A stretch of 60,041 nt of DNA, filler included, from Squatina squatina (taxonomy: Eukaryota), in the NCBI GenBank assembly GCA_031763465.1. It is 3 parts of 3 records of this genome, joined end to end, with 100 filler letters (N's around TTAATTAATTAA, not from the genome) between each part and the next. Parts side by side here need not be neighbours in the genome. Positions count along the whole stretch, not along the records: positions 19,335 to 35,257 come from JARFOE010000235.1; positions 35,358 to 60,041 come from JARFOE010000013.1; 1 more part is not named here. One strand, written 5' to 3'. Made by a program: the position numbers and the translations under genes. Of the stretch, positions 26,870 to 39,963 are shown piece after piece (position 1 is the first letter of the stretch; each line of letters opens with the position of its first letter). The notes beneath the pieces were generated by a model. The model ran no database searches, was not told where the DNA came from, and saw nothing but the letters and a program-made list of their open reading frames with translations.

Positions 26870-29800
26870 GCTGGCTGTTTGCCATGTTATTTCCGGTACC
26901 CCATGCAGGTATCCATTGTTCCTCATTTTGATACCCGATTTCAAGGCTAGCTCTGTACGACGGTGTTCTCGAAATNNNNNNNNNNNNNNNNNNNNNNNNN
27001 NNNNNNNNNNNNNNNNNNNNNNNNNNNNNNNNNNNNNNNNNNNNNNNNNNNNNNNNNNNNNNNNNNNNNNNNNNNTACAACTCAAATAATAATCTAAAAA
27101 CACACAAGCACGTACAGCAGCAGAAGTTGCTACTACTTGCTCGTACAAGAAATTAGAAAACGCTGCATGTATCACTTTCAAAGACAAAACAATAAGATAA
27201 TTATTTTTTTACATTTCTGGAACTATAAAATTACACTCCAAATCAAAAATCTACTGAAAATATAGGATTTTTTAATGTGAATTATAAGCTTCCTAGATAC
27301 CATGCATGCTAAAGAATTAAAATTAATTCTCTCTACCTCCACAGATCCCTACCATTAGTTTACTGACCTCATTGAGCTGTTTTACGCCAATCCAACATTA
27401 AGTCTCTGTAATGCTTCAACAGTCTGCCAGGCTATCCATCTGTGCCAGTAAATAATGACAGCAATATGCTAGATATGGAAAATTTCCTGTTTAACAGACA
27501 AAATGGTTGAAGTTCAAAATTTAACATAAATAGTGTTTGTAAACACTATCACACAATTGTCTCAAGAAATTATTTGTAAAAATCTGTTTTTGGTACCTTT
27601 ATTAAAAAGGCATGTTGAGCACCAACAAATCTTCAAACTGCAGCATTTAAATGTAACCCATTACAAAAATGAAGCTGAAACCAATGCAAAATTATAGTTT
27701 AGCAACTATGGCTCAGAATGTGTGGTGGTCATCACTGACCGAAACTTCAGGATGTAGCGCATGTGTATCCTAACGTTGCGGTCCGTCATTCTTTGCTCCA
27801 ACACTANNNNNNNNNNNNNNNNNNNNNNNNNNNNNNNNNNNNNNNNNNNNNNNNNNNNNNNNNNNNNNNNNNNNNNNNNNNNNNNNNNNNNNNNNNNNNN
27901 NNNNNNGAAAAGTGCTATATAAATGTAAGCCTTTCTTTCTTAACAAAGTTTCTATCCTCTTTAAAAATTCTCACTTTCATGTCAGCTTGCCATTTACAAG
28001 TACACTTTCTCTGTTCTGTTATATATCAACCAATGTGTTCCTATCAGCTGTTGCTTCACTCCCCCGATGCTGATATTTAAATGGAAACTCTCTTGCCCAA
28101 CTTCAGCCTTGGCTCCAGCTGCTGTTATTAAATCTCCTCACCCTTTATCTATCCCGCTGGGCTGCCCTTGATATTAAATCAGCAATGGAAGCTTGCGCTG
28201 AAGATGTGAGGGAAAGTTGCCATTTAAATATCAGAGCTCTGTGAGAGCCGACAGGAATGTGAGGCCTGGTGCTGCTGAGTCCTCCATTTTTGGCGAAATT
28301 GCTCTGCCTGAAGGAGGATACGACCTCTGCATCAAATGACTGGCAGCCTATTTTAGCCCTGAACAGGGCCCTTAATTCCTCGTCTCTTTGTCTCTCCCTC
28401 TCTCTTATATCTGAACTTATACAGGTATTTTTTAAACTATTTAAAATTGTAACTTTTTAAAATNNNNNNNNNNNNNNNNNNNNNNNNNNNNNNNNNNNNN
28501 NNNNNNNNNNNNNNNNNNNNNNNNNNNNNNNNNNNNNNNNNNNNNNNNNNNNNNNNNNNNNNNCCCTTCAGGTTGAGGGGAGTTTCTAGGGCAGGTCCAC
28601 CACCAGATTTGAGGGACTCCCATGCTTCAGGGTGTCATAGGTCCAGGAGATAGATGGGAAGTCAGAAAGGCCCCATTCATGAGACTGTTCTGCCTCACGT
28701 CCGGGGAATCCCTTAAAATCCCAGGGCAATCTACAGAAGGTTGAGACTTGTGGTAATGGGTCTCTTGCCCCTTTTTATGCTGCCCTTTGCGCCCAGGGAA
28801 TGGGCATTTCACAACTCTCCAGTGTGGGTTTGGATTACACCACAGGTGTCTGTCAACTGAGACACTGAGAAATGATTTAAGGGTTGGAAAAACCTGTTGA
28901 CAATCTCAGGAAAATAACAGGAAGCAGTTGCTGTGGTTGGCTTTGTATTATGTTATGTCATTGGGAGGAAATAGCAGGAACAAAGGATATTTATTTTATC
29001 TTTAGTGGAATCTTTGACAGTGTGTTCCACAGATCCTGCATCATGCCATAGCTGAGTGAATAGAATGGTGTTAGTGCATCTAAGAAAATAATCTTGTAAA
29101 ACAGGTCTTGCCTCTCACATATCTAATTTCAACAGTTACTTGTACATTTATCTGGCTCACGCCCTTGCAAGGAGACAATGTAAACAAAAACTGCTACAAT
29201 AATGGAAACACATAAGGCAACTTAACGATCCTAGGTATTTAGATCAGACACGCAGCCTGCTCTGTCTACGGCACACTGGCAGGACATTGCACTGCTCAGA
29301 TAAGCAGCTGCTTCTAGCTGAACCAAGCAAGTGTCCGCCAGCAAATTTCATACAGCCAATTCCGCGACCACATTGCGGCTTCCCTCCCCCACCCCACTCC
29401 CCCGTCCCATTGGCCCCTTGCAAGCCTGTGCTCGTTACCCTCTCACCAATACCACCTTCACCAGCTGCTACCCTTGGCAGGGGAACCGTCAGCCGTCACG
29501 ACCTGCTGCTACCCGTCAACGCGAAATGAAATAAACAGCTGAAATATCAACAGTTGCTCTGATGACAAGTGTGGGGCACAGTTAGAACAGTTCTGCTCCA
29601 AATAAAAGGCTTTACCTTAAAAAACATTTTACAGAAATTTTTGTGCCCTGTAAACTCTAACCGACCTCAATTAGGCATCCTGTTGAACTTTACCATCATG
29701 GTTAATGGTGCCATCCAAAGCANNNNNNNNNNATATTTTTCCCGAATTTGGATCAAAAGGTAAGGGGCAATCAGCAGTGAACAAGTATGCGCATTTTCAT

Positions 29801-30254
29801 TGATCAAAGAAAAAGAGGTTTGATCTGCAAAATTCATTGAAAGGAACCAATATGCAATACTTGATGTAAAAACGATGGGCGCCCCCTCATATGTATATAT
29901 GTCTTCACAGAGCACAATGCTCAAAGGAGTACAAAGTCTCATCAGCTGCACCCTCAGTGCTTCCTTTTCCATAGACCTTTGGTCAGCCATCTGTATTTGG
30001 GCAGCTGACTGAAGGTATTCTCTGGAACGATGCTGAGCGTCAGTAGGGAGTGAAGATAAAACGCTCCCTGCTTCAAACAGGGACACAGGGACAGCACGTG
30101 TCACATCAGAACTGCAGGTTGCTAATGTCAATGTTTTTGGGTTTTGTCACATTTAATCCTGATTTTGGAATTCATCTTTCTGAACGGAGCTCCTGTCCCC
30201 GCAATGGATTCAACTTAAAATCTTCAAACTTATCTTCACTTCACATCTCTGCAA

Positions 30255-30588
30255 ACTGCTCCAACCTTGCATCCACACCACACCCTTCCACCTGTGGCCT
30301 TCTGCGTCTCCCTGCTCCTTTCACTGCACTATTAATAGCAGAGCCTTCAGTCGCCTGAGTCGCACTCTCTAAAACTCCCTCCCTCAACCCCTCTGAAACT
30401 CTACTTCTCTATCGTCCTTTAAAAACCTTCTTGAAATTTGTCAATTTGACCTTACNNNNNNNNNNNNNNNNNNNNNNNNNNNNNNNNNNNNNNNNNNNNN
30501 NNNNNNNNNNNNNNNNNNNNNNNNNNNNNNNNNNNNNNNNNNNNNNNNNNNNNNNTTAAAGGCGCTATAGAAATACAAGTTGTTGTTG
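30255..30588 (+). mobile_element. L2 LINE 3' end, interrupted by a gap
   Basis: gccttcagtcgcctg..aactccctccctcaacccctct..tcctttaaaaacctt..tttgacc, then ttaaaggcgctatagaaatacaagttgttgttg. Confidence 0.65.
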
Positions 30589-31382
30589 GTTCTTAGACTC
30601 TATACAACTGTTGCATGGAAATAGCACTTACAAAAAAAAGCCCAAACCGTTGCACAGTCTCCTTTTCCTTTACATAGTGATGTATATACTTTTTAGATGG
30701 TTGCAATGCAAATATCCTTTTCGATTTTGCTGCATAACGGAGGGCAATATAAAAACAATTTTGACAAACACTAACTTAACAAAAAACACCGGAACAACTG
30801 GACAGTTAAAGCTTGGCCTTTTAATCAGTAAAAGGGTAAGGAGATAGTTTTCAGTATTACAGCAATAAAATTTACAGCATAAATGAATGCTGCCTATTTC
30901 ATTTATACACACTTTTCATATACACAGAACTTGAATACAGTCAAACCATACATTTCACAAATGAAATTAATTCAAAATGCTTACAGCAAAACTGGATGCA
31001 CTGGAAGAGAATGTATTATATCTTAACAGTGATAGTCAACCAGTTTCAGAATTCATTACATCGTGCATTTTTTCATTTCTCCATGTACAATGGAGGGGAT
31101 TAAAAATATGCCACAGTACTTCCGAAAAGCAATCATTTTTGAATAAGACAGTGGAGGTGCACAGTCGGCTTTACGGCACAAAGACACTGAACTGCATTAT
31201 ACTGAAGCAGGCATCCCCATGAAGAGTATCGTTAGATTGTTTGTTCATCAGCCATTTTTATGAAGTAGTTTTACTTTCTCCATAATCGCTTGTGAAACAG
31301 TTTTAATGCAACATCCTAACTGGAGGGTCCTTATGACATTTGACAAATACAGCAACGATGCAACACAATGAGTGACTGTTTT

Positions 31383-31533
31383 TAGAAACAGAAACATAGA
31401 AAATAGGAACAGGAGTAGGCCATTTGGCCCTTCGAGCCTGCTCCGCCATTCAATATGATCATGGCTGATCATCCAAATTCAGTACTCTGTCCCTGCTTTC
31501 TCCCCATATCCCTTGATCCCTTTAGCAATAAGA
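31383..31533 (-). mobile_element. CR1 LINE 3' tail
   Basis: agaaacatagaaaataggaacaggagtaggccatttggcccttcgagcctgctccgccattcaatatgatcatggctgatc. Confidence 0.75.
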
Positions 31534-32589
31534 NNNNNNNNNNNNNNNNNNNNNNNNNNNNNNNNNNNNNNNNNNNNNNNNNNNNNNNNNNNNNNNNNNN
31601 NNNNNNNNNNNNNNNNNNNNNNNNNNNNNNNNNGTTAACACTATAGTGCGCTCTTCACACAGAAGCTTCGCATAGCAAAAGAAAAAAAACTCATCTTGAA
31701 CAGACCATTTTACTAACGCTTAGGCTAAAAGGCCTGGGTTCAAATGGGATTTCTAATCCTCTCCCCTCCCCAGCCCAAACACCAGACTTTCAAAAAAGGT
31801 TTTGATGGTCCAATATATACAAACCTTTGCCAGCGTTGTCATACTTGACATTTTATTTGCACATTCCATTTACTTCAGAACAACCTCAAGCATTAGGGCA
31901 ACATCAAGAATTCTTAAAAATGCATTCCCACTGTTAGACCAAGCATTGCTCCGTATATACTTTTATCAATAATAAACATGGCATTATTGAAATACATAAT
32001 GATTGCAGACCTTAAATCCTTAGCCAAATGCACTCCACTGAATTGTGATCTTCTACCTCTGGCCCAGGCTGGTCCAAGCAGTTTCCATTATTGTTCACTT
32101 TCTACAATGCCATCAATAGCTTTTTAAAGTTCAAATCACAGACATATTACAATTCCCTGCAGCTTAATGCAATTTACATTTTCAAACATTTCTCAATTTA
32201 TTAGTAATGTTGGATTGCTCTTTCCTCAGGGCAATACACCACATGGATGCAGTTTTGTCTTTTAGGAACCTCGTTTAAGAGTTAGAACAAAAAATGCTTT
32301 TAATATAAAAACAATTAATCTACTTTAGATAACAACTTTTCATTATTTACTTAACAACCAGCCTCATTAACATCCCACTGTACTGCTAAATTTAGTATCG
32401 CACTACAATATCCATTTACTCATCAAGAAACTTAAAACAGACTCTGGAAATAAATTGAGCACAGTCAGCTTACCCAGTGCACCATAACAACATGCTTCCC
32501 TTGTGGGAAGTGGTGAATAGCCAGGTGATAGAAGAGCTGATTAACACAGAGATTGACAGCCTCAGTACTGTCATCCCCTCCGAACTCTA

Positions 32590-32850
32590 TTCAGTGCACA
32601 TAATGGAGAGGTCTGGGCTAATAATCCAGAGAACGCAAGTTCAATTCCCATTATGGCAGTTTGAGAATTTGAATTCAGTTTTTAAAAATCTGGAAATAAT
32701 AAGCTGCTATCAGTGAGTGACCATAAGGCTTTGGACTGTCGTAAAAACCCAACCGATTCACTAATGTCCTTTAGGGAAGGAGACTTCCTGCCATTACCTG
32801 GTCTGGCCTAGGAGAGTCCATTTCCACACCAACGTGTGTGACTTTACAGT
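32590..32850 (+). mobile_element. SINE-like interspersed repeat; second copy at about 49275-49590
   Basis: gtcgtaaaaacccaaccgattcactaatgtcctttagggaagg..ctggtctggccta matches tcgtcataaaacccaactgattcactcatgtcctttcgagacggg..ccagtcttgccta near 49390. Confidence 0.65.
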
Positions 32851-32984
32851 CTGCNNNNNNNNNNNNNNNNNNNNNNNNNNNNNNNNNNNNNNNNNNNNNN
32901 NNNNNNNNNNNNNNNNNNNNNNNNNNNNNNNNNNNNNNNNNNNNNNNNNNNNNNCTTAAGACCGCTACAGAGGCATCAGCCAAT

Positions 32985-33450
32985 TTCACCCCCATAGAAT
33001 GTAAAAGTCTAGATGAAATAGTGAATCTATATCAAACCTTTGCAATACTGCAATTGGAGTACTGCGTGCTCCATACAATAGAAGGATGTTGAAGCAATGG
33101 AAAGGGTACAACACAGATTGAGTAGAATGCTGTCTGGTGTGAGGAAATACAAATATGAAGACGTGAAAAATTGGGGCTGCTTTCATCAGAACAATGGAAA
33201 TTATGACATGCAGGAGAAACCCTTTTACAAAGAGGGTTTTGAGGCTGTGAAATGCTTTACTGGAGTTAATGATTAAAGCAGAGACCAGGTCAACATTTAA
33301 GAATACTATAGATGGCGGAAGGAAATGGGAATAAAGGGATATGGGAACGGAGCAATCACATAAGATTAGGACTATTACTGTCAAAGATAAACACCAACAT
33401 TGACTAGTTGGATCAAATGGCCTGTTTCCAAATTGAAATTTCTATGTAAT
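32985..33450 (+). mobile_element. CR1 ORF2 C-terminus and 3' tail, degraded
   Basis: ECKSLDEIVNLYQTFAILQLEYCV, ending in ggatcaaatggcctgtttcc..tttctatgtaattct. Confidence 0.65.
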
Positions 33451-34682
33451 TCTCTGCAACTCTACAGAAAAAAATTTTCTTTGAATATATAGCTGAGCTC
33501 ATTTGTGGCTATCAGTACCACATTATGTGAGTCAATGCTTGCTTACTAGTCAGCTGTCACAATACCTTCATTTTAAGGTTGTTCAACACCTCACTAATAT
33601 TTTACCCACTTTTGGATGATCAAGGCTGTCTATAGCAACCACAGCTCACATTAATTCTCTGTGATCTCCCAGGATAAACACTGGTGAGCTGTATGCATTC
33701 AGCAAAGTAATTACCAAACTCAACACCAAAATGTCAATACAGCACTTCAGGTGCCTGGATAAATTTGGGGTGTGGGGGTGCTAAAGTTTCAAGGGTTGTA
33801 GTGCTCTACATGCTGCACAGTTTCACTCTTCAAAGAGATATCACATCAGATCAGAGGTCCAGAGTATTAAGGCAAGTATCAATAGGAACAAGGAGTCTGG
33901 AAAGGCTGCAGAGTAAAACTTGATTCTGGCTGAGAGATTGGAAAATTCTCAAAGGACACTGCCCCTTAACTTGAAAATATGGGCACTGTATTAACAGCCC
34001 TGTCGCCATATTCCTTTGTCCCTCAGAAATAGGCCTTCATCTATAATGCTTTAAATCTTTCAGTCAATCCACAAATATAACATTTCTGTTACCTGATGAA
34101 ATATGCTCACAAACCTCTACAAGAACATTCTGCACTCACACTTTCAGTGCAATAAGATTTTCAATGTCATACAATGTGTGTGAAAGTGTAGTGTTTGTTT
34201 CCACAGTACCTCCTCTTGGTGACAATGTGTGAAGAATATACTTTTAATCCCACTATGAATTGGGATCGTGTACTGAATCTGTTGATAATACACATCTACT
34301 AAATCCACATGAAAAAGGACAGTGTTAAAGGGTAGCACATTGCCATAGTGCATCAGAGCCTTGCAACATACTGCAGAAGAGTGTTTCTTTTGAACCATCT
34401 GCGATTGCCAAGGACTAATAGGATCCATATTGAAGCACTGGACTGGTGTAAAACAAAGCTTTCTTTGTTGGGTTAAATTTGAAATAAGCAGCTTGAAATT
34501 AACATGATACAATGCAGTTAAAGCATTATATGCAACAGAGTAGTAACATTATTAAAGTACTAATTTTCAGAAGACAATAGATATAAACAAATAATTCTGT
34601 AAACCATTGTAACTAGTGGTTAATCATACTGAAGATATAACCAAGAACAATAGATCTGCGTTGGCTGAATGGCACACAGACT

Positions 34683-34738
34683 TTACATTGGAGAAGCAGC
34701 ACATTCTGTGCCAAATTCCATGTCCAGAGTAATGGAAT
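34683..34738 (-). CDS. STAT3: STAT3 terminal coding exon
   Basis: ttacag acceptor, then (D)SITLDMEFGTECAASPM-TAA (56 nt). The human C-terminus is ESLTFDMELTSECATSPM. Absent from the ORF track. Confidence 0.92.
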
Positions 34739-34876
34739 CTGTAAAGCAACAGAAAAATAAAACAGTAAAATTTAAATAGTTTGCAAAGTTCATTGAAAAC
34801 AAGTCACTGGATCAGAGTTTCACTCTTTTTCCGAGTGAAAAGTAGGTGTTTGGAGACGATCCTGTATGCCACTTAC

Positions 34877-34969
34877 CAAGGCCACCTGCTGCTCCTTGTT
34901 CGGCTCCTTCACTGTTGCTCCCACAATGCATTAGAGAGTCTAGTGTTCGAGGNNNNNNNNNNGTTTGTT
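34877..34969 (-). CDS. STAT3: STAT3 penultimate exon (transactivation domain), containing a 10 N gap
   Basis: gcacag acceptor, A ACA AAC [gap] [25 protein letters not shown], gtaagt donor in phase 1 matching the last exon. Human has [25 protein letters not shown]. Confidence 0.9.
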
Positions 34970-35198
34970 CTGTGCAAATTAGATACATAAAACAGCATAG
35001 ATTTTCAAGTCAGAGCCAATTTTCAAGTTGAGATACCTGTATCATAAATCTAAATAATGCAGTTTATTAATTTCTGCAAATGATGTGCCTTAAATAGCAT
35101 TACAATATACATAAAATTCTGTTGTTACAAAGTTGCTCAGTTAAGGTGGTTAGGTTATATTACAAAACTTACCACTAAAACACATGCAGCAAACTCGT

Positions 35199-35257
35199 AA
35201 CATAGAAATATAGAAGATAGAAGCAGGAGTAGGCCATTCGGCCCTTCGAGCCTGCTC
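35199..35257 (-). mobile_element. CR1 LINE 3' tail, truncated by the linker
   Basis: catagaaatatagaagatagaagcaggagtaggccattcggcccttcgagcctgctc. Confidence 0.7.
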
Positions 35258-35357
35258 NNNNNNNNNNNNNNNNNNNNNNNNNNNNNNNNNNNNNNNNNNN
35301 NTTAATTAATTAANNNNNNNNNNNNNNNNNNNNNNNNNNNNNNNNNNNNNNNNNNNN
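35258..35357. other. Artificial scaffold linker (N44-TTAATTAATTAA-N44)
   Basis: Same construct as 19235-19334, with the core at 35302-35313; separates the STAT and CHD7 loci. Confidence 0.95.
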
Positions 35358-35563
35358 CACTTCTACACACAAAGGGTGGTAGAAGTTTGGAACTCTCTTC
35401 CACAAATGGCAACTGATGCTAGATCAATTTTAAATCCGAAATTGATAGATTTTTGTTAACCAAAGGTATTAAGGGATATGAAGTTAGGTCACAGATCAGC
35501 CATGGTCTTATTAATGGCGAAACAGGCTCAAGGGGCTAAATGGCCTAACGCCTGTTCCTATGT
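35358..35563 (+). mobile_element. CR1 LINE 3' end
   Basis: ttctacacacaaagggtggtagaagtttggaactctct (F.TQRVVEVWNSL) and a tail complementary to 7962-8108. Confidence 0.75.
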
Positions 35564-35757
35564 ATTTGTATTGCCTTAGCTGAAATTTACAAAATTATAT
35601 CTTGTTGATTCTTACCCACTCTGTTCTTAAAGCTTAGAATTATATTTAGTCATCAGTGTATTGTTTTCAGTGTTTCAGGACATCTAGGAAAATTGCACTT
35701 AATCTTTCCTTTGCACATCAATAAGATAGGTTTATAATAACGTGAATTCAAAAATAC

Positions 35758-35957
35758 CCGAGTGGTTTTGCAGAGCTCGAGTCTGTCCATCCTCAGTAGG
35801 AGTAATCAGATCCCATATAAATCCTTTGATCTTTTCATCTCCTCTGTAATGGTTCAAACAGTACACAAGGATAGTGCGGCAGATGGTCTCCACATCGTGT
35901 TCTGTCAACTGTCGTTTAAAACGGCCATGTGACAGTATATCACTCCATCGGCCCCAA
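35758..35957 (-). CDS. CHD7: CHD7 exon (about exon 22)
   Basis: 200 nt, ttcag/gtatt; [66 protein letters not shown]. Confidence 0.93.
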
Positions 35958-36337
35958 CTGAAGGATAAAAATAGTGGTAGTTGGATTTAGTCAATTAAAT
36001 CTTTGTAAAATCTTGGAAATTCAGTCTGCAGCTTATTCAAACAAACAGAAACTGGTCCCATTGTGCAAATTTAAAAGAAATTGTGCATGTTTAAAAAAAT
36101 TGTGCAAGTTNNNNNNNNNNNNNNNNNNNNNNNNNNNNNNNNNNNNNNNNNNNNNNNNNNNNNNNNNNNNNNNNNNNNNNNNNNNNNNNNNNNNNNNNNN
36201 NNNNNNNNNNGGACAAGGATTTTAAAATTGAGGTGTTGCTGGACCGGGAGCCAGTGAAGGTCAGCAAGCACAGGGGTGAAAATGAACAAAATGGGATGTG
36301 TCAAATTTTATACAAATGTATTGTGCAACTTACTCAC

Positions 36338-36540
36338 CCATATACCAACAGGTTCTTTTCCACTCTAAAACACTCAGTCCTTGGATAACCGTGGGACCTA
36401 TCCTGTGGCCTACGGGGCTTTCCAGTCTTTTCTTCAGACTCACTTTCCAAATCAGAAAATTCCATTAGTTCATCTTCCTTGATAGCATTGTAGTGTCTTG
36501 TCTGCTTTCTTACCCTTGGCGTATCAATCACCAAATTGTT
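36338..36540 (-). CDS. CHD7: CHD7 exon (about exon 21)
   Basis: 203 nt, tgtag/gtgag; [48 protein letters not shown]. Confidence 0.95.
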
Positions 36541-36621
36541 CTACAACAAAGGTAGTACACATGAGCAAACATGCATTTAGCTGCTTTTAACATAATACAC
36601 GTGACACAATATATTGCTTAC

Positions 36622-36732
36622 CCTTCCATTTATTGCATCAATATCCAATTCAGCTTTCTTTGCCCACTTTTGCCAAAAGTTGGGGTCATCAAGGGAAATA
36701 TCTGTTCTATTCCCAGAAGCTACAAAGCTGGC
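36622..36732 (-). CDS. CHD7: CHD7 exon (about exon 20)
   Basis: 111 nt, ttcag/gtaag; [37 protein letters not shown]. Confidence 0.95.
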
Positions 36733-37503
36733 CTGAAGAAATTTATACAAAAAAGTTCTGTAATTGTTTAGGATAATTCTGCACATATTTTTTTCATATC
36801 AATGTCATCAGATATCTCAAAGATTAGGACNNNNNNNNNNNNNNNNNNNNNNNNNNNNNNNNNNNNNNNNNNNNNNNNNNNNNNNNNNNNNNNNNNNNNN
36901 NNNNNNNNNNNNNNNNNNNNNNNNNNNNNNNNNNNNNNNNNNNNNNNNNNNNNNNNNNNNNNNNNNNNNNNNNNNNNNNNNNNNNNNNNNNNNNNNNNNN
37001 NNNNNNNNNNNNNNNNNNNNNNNNNNNNNNNNNNNNNNNNNNNNNNNNNNNNNNNNNNNNNNNNNNNNNNNNNNNNNNNNNNNNNNNNNNNNNNNNNNNN
37101 NNNNNNNNNNNNNNNNNNNNNNNNNNNNNNNNNNNNNNNNNNNNNNNNNNNNNNNNNNNNNNNNNNNNNNNNNNNNNNNNNNNNNNNNNNNNNNNNNNNN
37201 NNNNNNNNNNNNNNNNNNNNNNNNNNNNNNNNNNNNNNNNNNNNNNNNNNNNNNNNNNNNNNNNNNNNNNNNNNNNNNNNNNNNNNNNNNNNNNNNNNNN
37301 NNNNNNNNNNNNNNNNNNNNNNNNNNNNNNNNNNNNNNNNNNNNNNNNNNNNNNNNNNNNNNNNNNNNNNNNNNNNNNNNNNNNNNNNNNNNNNNNNNNN
37401 NNNNNNNNNNNNNNNNNNNNNNNNNNNNNNNNNNNNNNNNNNNNNNNNNNNNNNNNNNNNNNNNNNNNNNNNNNNNNNNNNNNNNNNNNNNNNNNNNNNN
37501 NNN

Positions 37504-37671
<168 letters not shown>

Positions 37672-37859
37672 TTAAAAAAAACGTAAAGCATACTAGCTGA
37701 CAGTAAATCTGTCAAAACTCAAATATCTCCACTTGCCAGATTTCTGTAAATATTGACCACAATCAGAAACCCCCAGCTTTTTCATTAGTACATAACATTT
37801 ATCTCACGATCAGATCGCAAAATAAATTAGGATGAAAAAGGTGTTTTCGCATATCCAAG

Positions 37860-38155
37860 CTCAGTCACCCATAAAGACTGTATAGTCTCCTAATTACAGT
37901 ATTTAATTGTGCCTTAAAAGATTCCAGGGTTTCACCTCCACCACTCCACCTGCAAATCCATTCCAAGAATAACTTCTTGACCACCATCCTAAATTTAGTG
38001 TTTACTAGTTTGAAACTGTGTTCCTCAATCGTATTTTCATGGCTTAGTTTGAAGTAAATTTCTGAACTTACCTTTTCCATGTTCTTTACTAAATGATACA
38101 CCTCTGTAAGGTCATCTCGGAGATGTCTCTTGCTAAAGCTGTAGAGCCCAGCTTA
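37860..38155 (-). mobile_element. CR1 LINE 3' fragment, degraded
   Basis: Minus strand reads agatgaccttacagaggtg then MEKVSSEIYFKL..HSFKLV..SFKAQLN. Confidence 0.55.
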
Positions 38156-38517
38156 TCTGGCCGTTCCGGAGAGCTATAAAAAGTCTTCTGTTAGTCATTT
38201 TGGTTGTGGGTTTATGCAATATTGTCTGTAATATTGTTTTATATCACAATTACTTGGGTGTCATTTTAATTGAAACAATTAATAAATAATAAGTGCATTT
38301 GATTTGAATACTAATCCAGGGATAATACCAAGTGCTGTCACTGGATGAAATAAAGAGCAATAATGTTTTTTTGTATGATCAGCTGCTGTTCAATAAAGTT
38401 TTCTTTTTAAAATGGAGAGCATGTCTGCCATGTGTGTATATTTGCTCAAACTGGAGAATTACAAACAGGGGAAAGTTGGCTGAGTGAAATACTTCAGGTT
38501 ACTTTCAGAGATCGACA

Positions 38518-38760
38518 CAACAACTTATATTTATATAACGCCTTTAACGTACTAAAATGTCCCAAGCTGCTTCCCAGGAATGTTATATTAAAACAAATTG
38601 ACAGCAAGTCGTATATGGAGATGTTGGGGCAGATGACCAAAAACTTGGTTGAAGAGGTAAGTTTTAAGGAGCGTCTTAAAGGAAGAAAGAGAAGTGGAGA
38701 GATTGAGGGATGGAATTTCAGAGTTTAGGGCCAAGGCAGCTGAAGGCATGGCAGCCAATT
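38518..38760 (-). mobile_element. L2 LINE 3' end
   Basis: caacaacttatatttatataacgcctttaacgtactaaaatgtcccaag..gaggtaagttttaaggagcgtcttaaagg..cagctgaaggc. Confidence 0.7.
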
Positions 38761-39069
38761 CACACAGTTACCCTGCTGAAGAACTCTTATAGTTATGTAA
38801 TGGTGTATGATTTTCTGTTGTTGGTACTCTGGGGGAAGGAACTGTGCTGAGTTCAGAGTTGTGCTCTGCGCATCCCTTTCTGTGGAAACTCCCAGTGTGT
38901 GATGTCACTCATTAAAGGGATTCAGCAGCCATGTGAAGAGTTCCTTCATCANNNNNNNNNNNNNNNNNNNNNNNNNNNNNNNNNNNNNNNNNNNNNNNNN
39001 NNNNNNNNNNNNNNNNNNNNNNNNNNNNNNNNNNNNNNNNNNNNNNNNNNNTACCATGAATTTACACCA

Positions 39070-39460
39070 TCAGCCTGGGTCATCAGTGGTACTGTTGCCT
39101 GAATCCGAAGGTTGTGGGTTCAAGCCCCACTCGAAGCTATAACTTTATTGCTGTGGGAATTCTGCATTGCTTGAGGTACGAACATTGTTGGACGAGACAT
39201 TATACCGAGACCCTGCCTACCTGCTTGTTTGGATACAAAACATCTCCTGGCACTTTTTCCTCAAGAGCAGGGAGTTCTCCAGTGTCTTGACCAACATTCA
39301 TGCCTCCAGCAACAGAATATCTGGTCACTCATCTTTGCTGTGTACAAACTGGCTGCCACATAACAATGGGTATATGCCAAAATTGGTTTTGAAGTTGAAA
39401 ATTAATTGGTTGTGAAGGGTTTTGGGACATCTTGAGAACATGAAAAGGTGCTATATGAGC
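39070..39460 (+). mobile_element. Deu-domain SINE, degraded
   Basis: tRNA-like head (gaaggttgtgggttcaagccccactc), gacgagacattataccgag and aagagcagggagttctccagtgtcttgaccaacatt; opposite orientation to 16690-17000. Confidence 0.65.
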
Positions 39461-39963
39461 GCACCTCTCTCCCTGTTGATATTCGGAGCACCAGCGCATG
39501 CACAAGACTGCAATATTTCTGAAAATCTTTCTTGCTATAGGTCTTTTCTGTCGTTAGTGGAAGGTTTGCACAGACCATCAATGCAAAAATCTATATGACG
39601 AGTCTGTAAATGCAGACTTCGAGTTCAGCCCAGCTGGAGGTGGAATATATGTTTGCTGCTGTTGCTTTGCTCCTAACAGGGAAAGGATAAACCAACTCTT
39701 GAATTGGCTCTTGATTTTATTGAATGCACTACTGTATTTATATTATGGCAATGTTGTAACATAAATGCAAGTTGCTACCCATTCAACAAATACCCACACC
39801 ACTCAATTTGGCTTCAAAACTGACCATTGTTGCTGTGCCTCAGATGTCATGAATTTTAGAGGGTATGGCATACAACAAATGTCTGAACAATGATTAGATT
39901 TAACCAATTGCTATACTAGAGAATGAAAGCTGTCCAAAGAATGGTCAGTAAAATTGTGCTTAC

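Noticed and set aside
29667-30131. 154 aa minus-strand ORF between STAT3 and STAT5, considered as a STAT5 start exon
   Set aside because: No resemblance to the STAT5 N-terminus ([12 protein letters not shown]) or any family I recognise, and it crosses a gap.
30556-34682. Defining the STAT3 3' UTR end and miRNA sites
   Set aside because: No unambiguous poly(A) signal close to the stop, gaps intervene, and isolated seed matches are expected by chance.
39095-39135. tRNA gene (ggttcaagccc B-box)
   Set aside because: No cloverleaf; it is the tRNA-derived head of a SINE.
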